NCBI GenBank assembly: GCA_965662575.1
Contig: CBFIHN010000001.1
Location: 26,852 to 90,851, forward strand
DNA: 64,000 nt
From: Gammaproteobacteria bacterium
GTDB lineage: Bacteria > Pseudomonadota > Gammaproteobacteria > Francisellales > CACEW01
Direction: 5' to 3'
The position numbers and the translations under genes are program-made. The notes beneath the pieces were generated by a model. The model saw nothing but the letters and a program-made list of their open reading frames with translations, had not been told where the DNA came from and ran no database searches. The stretch's first letter is position 1. Each line of letters opens with the position of its first letter. Below, piece by piece: positions 20,381 to 28,598 of the stretch.

Positions 20381-21521
20381 TTTTATCATTGAATTGATAA
20401 GGTTCTGGCGTGCGGCAAATAAGATACCCTTGCTCAGCCTCGCTATATTCATTAATAAAAGTTAGGAGGTGACGCACATCTTTAGTTTTAGGTGCAGTGG
20501 TATATTTAACCTCTACAGGAATGTACTGCTGGTTGATTTCAAGCACAAAATCAACTTCCGGACCATTACTATCTCGCCAGTAATAAATCTTTGCTGACGG
20601 CGCACGTATCTGACTTAAATAGACCAGCTCATTGCCAATCAATTGCTCAAATAATTGTCCCAATATAGCGGATGGCAGCCGTGTTCCTTCATTAGCACAA
20701 CTGCGACGGATACCCAAATCAAAAAAATGATACTTAGGCGACTTAATCAAACGACGTTTTGTGCTTGACTTAATTAGCGGGTCAATTCTAAGCGCAATGA
20801 GGCAATCTTCGAGAATTTGATAATAATTAGCAATTGTTGTGTCCGAGATACCAATATCTTGAGCTAAGGATAAAAAATTAAGTTGCTTTCCAGACTCTCC
20901 TGCCGCTAATTGTAAAAAACGACTAAAATGACCCACATTACGGACCAATGCTTCTGCTCTAATCTCTTCCTCCAAATAAGTAGAAACATAGCTCATTAAA
21001 TCTTGCTCTTGGTGATCTAGATTAGTTTGCTGAATAATATTGGGTAAAGAACCATAGAGCAGCATATTCTCAAGTTCTGGCAGAGCTTTTGCCACAGTTA
21101 GCTCACTAATCAGCATCGGCGGCATGGTAAATTGCACAACGCGACCTGGTAATAAGTTTAGCTCCGAGCCAGCCTTAAGCTTTCGTGCCGAAGAGCCTGT
21201 AAGAATAAATTGAGCACGCTTTTGGTCAATCAATACCTGAACAATATCCATCACTCTAGGCACTTTTTGCACTTCATCAATAAAAACTAAAGGGGGTTGT
21301 GAATACTGAGCAATGGCATAAGTTAGCACCTTCTCAAACCTAACCAGGTCAGACTCAGCCTGTTGGCGATGTTGCTGTTTAGCAAAATTATAATGCAGAT
21401 CAGGCTTAATGACATTTTCAATGAGCGTGGTCTTACCCGTCTGCCTTGGCCCAAGCAACAAAACATTCTTTCCACGATCAAGTGTTTCTTGAATAGACTG
21501 AGCAATCAATCTCGAAAGCAT
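20337..21521 (-). CDS. AAA+ ATPase with C-terminal PD-(D/E)xK-like module (COG1373 type), copy B
   Basis: 394 aa. Walker A GPRQTGKT, Walker B LVFIDEVQ and C-terminal GPEVDFVLEINQQYIPVEVKYT. Confidence 0.7.
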   Translation of the reverse strand: MLSRLIAQSIQETLDRGKNVLLLGPRQTGKTTLIENVIKPDLHYNFAKQQHRQQAESDLVRFEKVLTYAIAQYSQPPLVFIDEVQKVPRVMDIVQVLIDQKRAQFILTGSSARKLKAGSELNLLPGRVVQFTMPPMLISELTVAKALPELENMLLYGSLPNIIQQTNLDHQEQDLMSYVSTYLEEEIRAEALVRNVGHFSRFLQLAAGESGKQLNFLSLAQDIGISDTTIANYYQILEDCLIALRIDPLIKSSTKRRLIKSPKYHFFDLGIRRSCANEGTRLPSAILGQLFEQLIGNELVYLSQIRAPSAKIYYWRDSNGPEVDFVLEINQQYIPVEVKYTTAPKTKDVRHLLTFINEYSEAEQGYLICRTPEPYQFNDKITVLPWQQASKIMG

Positions 21522-21583
21522 TTACAAGAACCTCAGAGCATTTCTTATATGGCATTATAGCAGCACCCCAGAGAAAAAAAAGA

Positions 21584-21634
21584 AAAAACTCAGTATGTTC
21601 TTTCTATGAGCTGTAAAAACTCAGTATATTCTGT
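21584..21634. repeat. Two ~19-bp direct repeats upstream of ATPase B
   Basis: AAAAACTCAGTATGTTCTT (21584-21602) and AAAAACTCAGTATATTCTG (21615-21633), spaced 31 bp apart. They lie 63-113 nt upstream of the ATPase B start. Confidence 0.7.
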
Positions 21635-21678
21635 TTTATAGACGATCTGCATGAAATTGACTCAATATAATCAATCCG

Positions 21679-21894
21679 CTATAACTCCCAAGGATTAAGC
21701 AACTCTAACCCAGGAATATCAAAATTTTTTAAATTTCGGGTGACCAAAACCATATCATGGTGTAAGGCAGTGGCCGCCAATAAGCTATCAATGTGAAACA
21801 GCGAGCAAAAATGAACCTCAACTGCAAAATTGCAAAATTTTTCTGTAAATTTTAAGTTGAAGATTAAAAAACCGTCTAAAGCCGAAGGCATCAT
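21679..21894 (-). pseudogene. vapC: Truncated PIN-domain toxin (vapC) remnant, no antitoxin gene
   Basis: The translation ...ALDGFLIFNLKFTEKFCNFAVEVH...IDSLLAATALHHDMVLVTRNLKNFDIPGLELLNPWEL matches the C-terminal half of VapC toxins (D-hh-IAAtAl...LvTrN..dF..vpgl.l.nPw). The N-terminal ~60 aa with the first catalytic Asp are absent. Only 41 bp separate it from the upstream gene, leaving no room for vapB. Confidence 0.5.
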
Positions 21895-21935
21895 ACGAAT
21901 ATGAATAGTATGACTTAATTAGCAAACCAAGCAGC

Positions 21936-23048
21936 TCACACCAACCGCTGCAAAAACTTAACCGCAGGACACACTGCAATACCATGGTGCAAAAAATCTT
22001 TATCTCCCATTGATAACTGCCAAGCTTCACAATCGGGAAATCGCTGTTTAAAATATAACAGAGATTTACTGGTATCAGCATCACTCAGCTTACATTCAAT
22101 CGCATGAATTGGCTGACCATTTTCTGTAATAATAAAATCGACTTCACGGCCATCGACATCTCGGAAGTAGTTGAGCTCTATATCTCTAGCCTGGGTATCT
22201 TGCTCATAATGCACCCATTTTAACAAATGCATCGCGATCATATTTTCAAAGCGAGCACCTTGATCTTCTAGCAAAGTCCAATCAAAGTGATAATGCTTTT
22301 GCTCTTTTTTAACCGCACGCAATATCGGCGAGCCAAAAGGTGCAACACGATGGATAGCATACAGGCGCTCAAAAATATCTAACCAATGGCTCACCGCCTT
22401 ATGACTCACCTGAAGATCTTCACGCAAATTATTAATCGACAAGGGAGAACCGACTAATTCTGGCAACCTTAGCATCAATAACTCAAGCTGGTAAATATCC
22501 TTAACTTGCTCTAATGAACCTACATCTTCTTGCAACAAGCGCTGGCGATAGGCTCGAGACCAACGTTTTGCATCCACTTTCGATGAAGAAAAAAAAGGCT
22601 CCGGAAAACCACCTAAAGTAAAAAGCTCGTGCAACTGATCAGTCGTTGTCATATCAAGCTCAGCAGCTGATAATTGATGAAGCCGCAAATAATAATAACG
22701 CCCCTGCAAAGAATCACCGCCGCGCCGATAATAATCCAAGCGCGCGCTGCCAGTAACTAGAATTTGCTTTTGATCGCGATACTCGTCAAATACACCTTTG
22801 ATATAATCTCGCCACTGTAGATACTTATGAATTTCATCAAACACCCATAAAGGTGCATTAGGAAGCTGATGCTTGAGCAATTGCTCTCGGTCTTTTGCAA
22901 TATCCCAATTGAGATAACCGTGCTTATCAGACAGCAAGGCTTGAGACATGGTGGTCTTGCCAACCTGACGCGCACCACCAATAAAGACCATTTTCTTTCC
23001 GAGATCTTTTTTGATTTGCTTTGAGATATAACGATTGTGAGTACTCAT
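21936..23048 (-). CDS. AAA+ ATPase with C-terminal PD-(D/E)xK-like module (COG1373 type), copy C
   Basis: 370 aa. Walker A GARQVGKT, Walker B LWVFDEIH and C-terminal GREVDFIITENGQPIHAIECKLS. Confidence 0.7.
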   Translation of the reverse strand: MSTHNRYISKQIKKDLGKKMVFIGGARQVGKTTMSQALLSDKHGYLNWDIAKDREQLLKHQLPNAPLWVFDEIHKYLQWRDYIKGVFDEYRDQKQILVTGSARLDYYRRGGDSLQGRYYYLRLHQLSAAELDMTTTDQLHELFTLGGFPEPFFSSSKVDAKRWSRAYRQRLLQEDVGSLEQVKDIYQLELLMLRLPELVGSPLSINNLREDLQVSHKAVSHWLDIFERLYAIHRVAPFGSPILRAVKKEQKHYHFDWTLLEDQGARFENMIAMHLLKWVHYEQDTQARDIELNYFRDVDGREVDFIITENGQPIHAIECKLSDADTSKSLLYFKQRFPDCEAWQLSMGDKDFLHHGIAVCPAVKFLQRLV

Positions 23049-23060
23049 AATTTAAGTATA

Positions 23061-23124
23061 CGAGCATTTTAACCTATAGTCAAAAATACTCGCGAGTTTT
23101 TTAGCCTATAGCCTAAAATGCTCG
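23061..23124. repeat. Nested inverted repeat between the PglE-like stop and the ATPase C start
   Basis: The arms CGAGCATTTTAACCTATAG (23061-23079) and CTATAGCCTAAAATGCTCG (23106-23124) are complementary at 17/19 positions. They enclose a second near-palindrome, AAAAATACTCGCGAGTTTTT. It could act as a terminator and/or an operator; its function is unknown. Confidence 0.6.
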
Positions 23125-23130
23125 AAAAAA

Positions 23131-24300
23131 TTACATGGCACCCAAACAAACTTCCGCAATAATTTTTAATTGCGCAGCAACTTGCTCCTCGCACAAAGTT
23201 GGATGAATTAAAAACACCAATGACGTTGCAGTTAACTCCGCTGCATTTTTTAATCTTGCCTCTGGTTCCAACCCCAAATCAGTAAAGACTTTTTCTTGGT
23301 AAATTTCAGAACAGCTACCCGAGAAGCATGGGATACCACGATTAACTAGCTCAGCCATTAATCGATCTCGGCTCCAGCCTTGCTTTAGCTTAGATAGGTC
23401 AACCTGCGTATAGTATTTATAATTTGCATGCTTGATATCAGATTGCTTTAGATCCATAACTTTGAAACAGTCAATTTTAGCTAGACCTTCTGAAAACATC
23501 TGCGCTAATTTGGCTCGCTGTACTAACCAATCAGGCAATTTCTTGAGCTGGCAACGCCCAATCGCAGCTTGCATTTCCGTCATCCGCCAATTAGTTCCTA
23601 CCGCTTCATGCAGCCAACGAAAGCCTAAGGGGTGTTGCTTATGATAAACGGTATCATAGTTTTTACCATGATCTTTGACTGCCCATAGTTTTTGCCATAA
23701 AGCAGTATCATTGGTGGTTACCATGCCACCCTCACCACCCGTGGTCATAATCTTATCTTGGCAAAAGGAGAACGAGGCAATATGCCCCCAAGAACCAATT
23801 TTTCTACCTTGATATTCCGCACCATGGGCCTGCGCACAATCTTCAATAACAAATAGATTATGACTTTTCGCCAGATCCATAATTTTATCCATTTCACATG
23901 GCCAACCGTTGAAGTGCACTGGAATAACTGCTTTAGTTTTTTTTGTTAATTTCTCTTTAATCGTATCAACTGTGATATTTTGTGAATCTAGGTCCACATC
24001 AGCGAATATTGGCGTAGCGCCACACATCAATACGGCACTAGCTGTGGCAACAAACGTTTTGCAAGGCACAATCACTTCATCACCAGGACTAATGCCCAAA
24101 ACTCGTAAGGCAGCTTCAATGGTGACTGTGCCATTAGACATTGCAACCGCATGTTTGGCGCCAACACACTCAGCAAACTCGTTTTCAAATAAGCGGCCTT
24201 GCTCGCCGGTCCAATAATTGACTTTGCCGGATTTTAATACTTGCTCAACGGCTGAAATTTCATCTTCTGCAAAGTGGGGCCATGGGGATGTTAAATTCAT
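23131..24300 (-). CDS. DegT/DnrJ/EryC1-family sugar aminotransferase (PglE-like, C4 amination of a 4-keto-6-deoxy-HexNAc)
   Basis: 389 aa. Fold-type I sugar aminotransferase with PLP-lysine context FSFCQDKIMTTGEGG. It lies in a PglF/E/D/C-like set. Confidence 0.8.
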   Translation of the reverse strand: MNLTSPWPHFAEDEISAVEQVLKSGKVNYWTGEQGRLFENEFAECVGAKHAVAMSNGTVTIEAALRVLGISPGDEVIVPCKTFVATASAVLMCGATPIFADVDLDSQNITVDTIKEKLTKKTKAVIPVHFNGWPCEMDKIMDLAKSHNLFVIEDCAQAHGAEYQGRKIGSWGHIASFSFCQDKIMTTGGEGGMVTTNDTALWQKLWAVKDHGKNYDTVYHKQHPLGFRWLHEAVGTNWRMTEMQAAIGRCQLKKLPDWLVQRAKLAQMFSEGLAKIDCFKVMDLKQSDIKHANYKYYTQVDLSKLKQGWSRDRLMAELVNRGIPCFSGSCSEIYQEKVFTDLGLEPEARLKNAAELTATSLVFLIHPTLCEEQVAAQLKIIAEVCLGAM

Positions 24301-24309
24301 AAGTTAGCC

Positions 24310-24924
24310 TTAAATTCTCCTAGCAGGATTACCAACTACAGTAACCCCTGCATCAATATCTTTTGTGACAACTGCGCCTGAGCCGACTGTCGCCCAAGCA
24401 CCAATAGAAACTCCAGGCAATACCACAACACCAGCACCAACCAATGCACCCTCACCAACTTTTACACCACCACAAAGTGTCGTGTTTGGTGCAATATGGG
24501 CATGGTTACCAATGACACAATCGTGCTCAATAATTGCTGCAGTATTAATAATGACATTTTCACCTATTACAGAGTCTGCATTAATAATAGCGCCAGGAAA
24601 AATCACACTACCTGGCCATACCGTTGCATATTTAGATACTAAAGAAGAGCTTGACATAGTAACCGCGGCCGAACATTGTGGCTGTAACTGGCCAAACTTA
24701 GCTTTTCTAGTTTTATTGTCGCCAATTGCAATAATAATGCTCTCACATGACTTCACAGAAAATTCACCAAAAGGTTGAATCTCTGAGCCTAATACCAATT
24801 GCCCTTGCTTACTGACGTCATCATCAAAAACAGTAACCGAATACTTGTGTGCCTTTAAAATATCAAGCACAACCTTGGCATGACCTCCTGCACCGATAAC
24901 AGCAATATTTTTATTATCAGGCAT
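24310..24924 (-). CDS. NeuD/PglD-family sugar N-acetyltransferase (left-handed beta-helix)
   Basis: The preferred start, [19 protein letters not shown] (24924), overlaps the upstream gene's end. It has the N-terminal Rossmann-like NeuD domain and C-terminal hexapeptide repeats ([24 protein letters not shown]). Confidence 0.8.
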   Translation of the reverse strand: MPDNKNIAVIGAGGHAKVVLDILKAHKYSVTVFDDDVSKQGQLVLGSEIQPFGEFSVKSCESIIIAIGDNKTRKAKFGQLQPQCSAAVTMSSSSLVSKYATVWPGSVIFPGAIINADSVIGENVIINTAAIIEHDCVIGNHAHIAPNTTLCGGVKVGEGALVGAGVVVLPGVSIGAWATVGSGAVVTKDIDAGVTVVGNPARRI

Positions 24925-25540
24925 TTTCTTGGTTTTCCTTAGAAGATTGGTGATTCCCTCGAAACTTTTCCATCGTCGCTTCACCTTGCTGGTTGATATC
25001 CGAACGTTTTAGCACCTTCAAAAAAGTCATCCACAAAATTTTTATATCTAACCAGAAAGACTGGTGCTCAACATACCATACATCTAGCTTGAATTTCTCT
25101 TGCCAACTGATGGCGTTGCGACCGTTCACTTGAGCCCAACCAGTAATTCCCGGTCTAACTTGATGTCGTTTTTTTTGCTCTACATTATACAAAGGTAGAT
25201 ACTCAACTAATAGCGCACGCGGCCCAACAAAACTCATATCACCTTTCAATACATTCAATAACTGTGGCAGCTCATCTAAGCTAGCACTACGCAAAAAACG
25301 ACCAAAAGAGATTAACCGCTGCTTATCGGGTAATAATTCGCCTTGCTGATCACGCTGATCGGTCATTGTACGTAGTTTATAGATAGTAAAAATCTCTTCG
25401 TTTTTACCTGGGCGTTGTTGTTTAAATAAAACCGGTGAGCCCAATTTGGTGCGCACCAAAATTAGCAATAATAATATTAAAGGCGAAAATACAATTAGCA
25501 AGAGCGAAGATAATAATAGGTCGAATAGGCGCTTGATCAT
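24917..25540 (-). CDS. Initiating phosphoglycosyl transferase, small monotopic type (PglC/WbaP C-domain family)
   Basis: 207 aa. An N-terminal re-entrant helix, then [25 protein letters not shown] and PGITGWAQV, the motifs of bacterial sugar transferases. Confidence 0.85.
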   Translation of the reverse strand: MIKRLFDLLLSSLLLIVFSPLILLLLILVRTKLGSPVLFKQQRPGKNEEIFTIYKLRTMTDQRDQQGELLPDKQRLISFGRFLRSASLDELPQLLNVLKGDMSFVGPRALLVEYLPLYNVEQKKRHQVRPGITGWAQVNGRNAISWQEKFKLDVWYVEHQSFWLDIKILWMTFLKVLKRSDINQQGEATMEKFRGNHQSSKENQENA

Positions 25541-26766
25541 GAAACACCTTTAAGCAGTCTATCTAGCCTATTTAAATATTGATTAGCCAAAGCTTCATAG
25601 GAGCGGTGTTGCAAAATCCATTGTCGGCCCTTTTCGCCAACTGCCTTTCGTTGCTCAGCGGTTAACGCAGCGAACTTGAGCAACTCTTTTTTAATCACCT
25701 CTGGCTCTGAACTATCAATAAATTCACCACACACAGCCTCATTAATCATTGAAGGATACCCGGCATAGCTGGCAATAATGGGTTTTGCCGTCAGCATATA
25801 CTCAACCACTTTATTCATGGACTGACCATAATCCCAAACTTTTGAATGATGCACAGATAGATAGACCAAATCGCAATGATCTAAAAAACAAGCAACTTGC
25901 TCCTGGGGCACTCGTCCCAAAAAAATGACATTAGAACACTCTGCAAGTTCAGCTTCAAATTGGTTTTCCAAAGCACCACCACCTAATAGCGCAAAGTGAA
26001 TACCCTGGTCATCTTTAAGCAATTTAATTGTTTGAACAAACGGCTCTAAGGCGTTAGTAATACCCATACTACCGGTATAGCCAACAATCAGCTTACCTTT
26101 TGGTAAAACATTTGCAAAGGCATCGTCATTTACAGTAAAGGCATTACCAGCTCGACTTTCTCGATCAAACCCTAGTGGCGAACAAAAAAAAGGGCGCTCA
26201 TAGCCTAACATATTGCGCACATGCTGATCGAGTTTTGGCATAGTGCCAACAATTAAATCCGCTTTCTTATAAGCAAATTTTTCTATCCAACCTATCAACA
26301 AAACCAATGGGTGCCATTTTGAGAACCCACCCTCTTCAGTCATGGTTAACGGCCAGATATCACGAACCTCAAACACCAACTTGGCCTTATATTTACGCTT
26401 TAAATAATGACCATAGAAGACAGTAAAAATAGACAGCGATGAAACAATAACCACATCAGGTTTCTCAAGCTTTTTCCTAGAAAACCTAAATAGTTTCCAC
26501 TCAAAATCAAGCCAGCTCAGAATTCTTGATATAGAAGCCGTTTTTTGATATTTCTTAGTTTTCAGCCAATAAACGGGAACATTGTCTACCTGCTCAAAAT
26601 TGTAGGTTTTATCAGTGCTTGGAAACTGGCAAAAGTGATTGGCATCAGAAGTAATTAAAGTTGCATTATGGCCCTGCTTAACAAACTCTTTGGTTAGATA
26701 AAACAGTCGCGCCATCGTGCCATACTTTGGCAAACTGGCATATTTTGAAATGCACAAAATATTCAA
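25537..26766 (-). CDS. Glycosyltransferase family 4 (WbuB-like)
   Basis: 409 aa GT-B protein. The N-terminus ([16 protein letters not shown]) and the C-terminal E-x7-E-type region are typical of GT4. Its stop overlaps the PglC-like start. Confidence 0.75.
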   Translation of the reverse strand: MNILCISKYASLPKYGTMARLFYLTKEFVKQGHNATLITSDANHFCQFPSTDKTYNFEQVDNVPVYWLKTKKYQKTASISRILSWLDFEWKLFRFSRKKLEKPDVVIVSSLSIFTVFYGHYLKRKYKAKLVFEVRDIWPLTMTEEGGFSKWHPLVLLIGWIEKFAYKKADLIVGTMPKLDQHVRNMLGYERPFFCSPLGFDRESRAGNAFTVNDDAFANVLPKGKLIVGYTGSMGITNALEPFVQTIKLLKDDQGIHFALLGGGALENQFEAELAECSNVIFLGRVPQEQVACFLDHCDLVYLSVHHSKVWDYGQSMNKVVEYMLTAKPIIASYAGYPSMINEAVCGEFIDSSEPEVIKKELLKFAALTAEQRKAVGEKGRQWILQHRSYEALANQYLNRLDRLLKGVS

Positions 26767-28590
26767 TTACGACTCCTGATACAAGCGTGGAATACGATTG
26801 ACCACATCGATCACCTGCTTAAAGTCCATGCCTAATGCATCTAAGTACCAACGAATATTGGCATATCGCGGTTGATTTTCATCAGCCACCAATTTCAAAG
26901 CTTCCTCACGCGTCATTTGCCCTTCGCGGATTTGGTTACTTCTAAAGGTGTCATGCTCTGTAAACCCAGCGACAGTGTAATAAACATAATTATAAAACGC
27001 AGCGGTACCATCGCCAATGCGCCAAGTGGTGCTAGTATCTACCGCTTTTTCCCAATCATATTCACCGAGTAACGTGTCGTCAATAACTTTCTCATCCCAA
27101 CGCCAATAATCAAAAATATGGAAGTAGTCTTTTTTCTCGGTAAAACTGCGGTAGTACTCTCCAGATAAGGTATCCCACAAAGAGCGATTAAAATAACCAG
27201 GGCTTTGCAACATCGCTTTGAAGCGCTTACTTTGATAGCGCAATTGTTTAGCAATACCATGACTGTAAACTTTCTCTTCCTCAAAGTAAGGCTTAATACC
27301 TAAAAAACCCGCTTTAAAGTGAGTTACTTCCAGCGGATTAACACCCCACAAATTGATGTCAATACCCGTTTGTTTTTTCACTTCTTCAACATAACGAAAA
27401 AAGTGTTTATCGCCTGCGGTTAAAATACTAATCATCCCAAGGTGAGGCGACTTCAACCATGCCTTAAGATTCATCGCAATATTGCGACGTTTTTTGCCAA
27501 TATCGGCAGCAACAATAATATTTTCAACGCCCAACTGTGCGCACATCCGACTGATATTGCGTCGACCTAAATCTGTCACCATACCCCAATCATAGGTATA
27601 GGTTACCGGCTTCATTTTGAGCTCGTTGACAATTAAATGTAAGCCATAGCAACTATCACGCCCACCTGAAAACGGCACAATACAATCATTGCTATTTGCT
27701 CGTCGATAAGGTTCTACCAACTCAAACAATTCTTCTTTGGGTTTAGGGTTATTACGCGGAGTGTAATGATGGCAATAATTACAAACGCCTTCTTCATCAA
27801 AATGAATATAAGGCATGGTCTCTGGCAAGATGCAACGCGTACAGCGTTTTAGCTCTGGCTGAGGATAAACCAATATTGCCTCTTCTTCCTTATTAAATAG
27901 AAGTTCGGGAATTAAGTCTTGCTGACGAGATTTATAGTCGACAATATCAAAGTCTTTATTGGCCTTTGGAATATCCAATATTTTTACAGTCTTAACTTGC
28001 TCAATAGCTTGGCAATTAATTTGAGTTAAAGGATAACTTTCTGAAGAAAAATACCAGTCACCCTCACTCTGCCCCAAATATAAGCTACCATTATTGGAAA
28101 ACAATAGTAGTTTACCCAGGTTAGGTAATAATAGTGCACAGGCAACAACACCTTTGCATAAACCTAAAATTTTCTCTGCTAGATCAGCTTCAGAACCACC
28201 ATCAACTAAATGCTGCTCAGCAATACCAACAATGACTTCCGAATCAATTTTCTGCTGGCGCTTAACGTCTAGCTGCTGCCAAATGTCATCAGCATTCACA
28301 ATAATGCCATTATGTACAGCCGCAATTTGCCCATGAACAACTGGCTGATTATCTGCCAGCCCATTGGTAATTAGCCTGCTATGCCCAAATACGACTTTCG
28401 CATTGCCAAGCTTGGTTTTTTTTAGCAGCTTCTCAATAGAGTAGTCTGCACGTGCAATTTTATAGCTGCCAGCATGATCAAAAATCAAACCACTAGAGTC
28501 CATACCACGCTGCTCAGCATGAACAACTAGTGTTTTTAATTTATCTTGATTGATGCCAGAAGTTGAAATTTGACCGAATATGCCGCACAT
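26767..28590 (-). CDS. Fusion protein: class-II (Ntn) glutamine amidotransferase domain + N-acetyl-sugar amidotransferase (WbpG/WbuX/PseA-type PP-loop)
   Basis: 607 aa. N-terminal MCGIFG (catalytic Cys2), GHSRLITNG and AVHNGIIVN indicate a class-II (Ntn) GATase. These are followed by a zinc ribbon (CTRCILPETMPYIHFDEEGVCNYC) and PP-loop VPFSGGRDS, matching the stand-alone paralog at 34926-36083. Confidence 0.75.
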   Translation of the reverse strand: MCGIFGQISTSGINQDKLKTLVVHAEQRGMDSSGLIFDHAGSYKIARADYSIEKLLKKTKLGNAKVVFGHSRLITNGLADNQPVVHGQIAAVHNGIIVNADDIWQQLDVKRQQKIDSEVIVGIAEQHLVDGGSEADLAEKILGLCKGVVACALLLPNLGKLLLFSNNGSLYLGQSEGDWYFSSESYPLTQINCQAIEQVKTVKILDIPKANKDFDIVDYKSRQQDLIPELLFNKEEEAILVYPQPELKRCTRCILPETMPYIHFDEEGVCNYCHHYTPRNNPKPKEELFELVEPYRRANSNDCIVPFSGGRDSCYGLHLIVNELKMKPVTYTYDWGMVTDLGRRNISRMCAQLGVENIIVAADIGKKRRNIAMNLKAWLKSPHLGMISILTAGDKHFFRYVEEVKKQTGIDINLWGVNPLEVTHFKAGFLGIKPYFEEEKVYSHGIAKQLRYQSKRFKAMLQSPGYFNRSLWDTLSGEYYRSFTEKKDYFHIFDYWRWDEKVIDDTLLGEYDWEKAVDTSTTWRIGDGTAAFYNYVYYTVAGFTEHDTFRSNQIREGQMTREEALKLVADENQPRYANIRWYLDALGMDFKQVIDVVNRIPRLYQES

Positions 28591-28598
28591 AAGATTCC

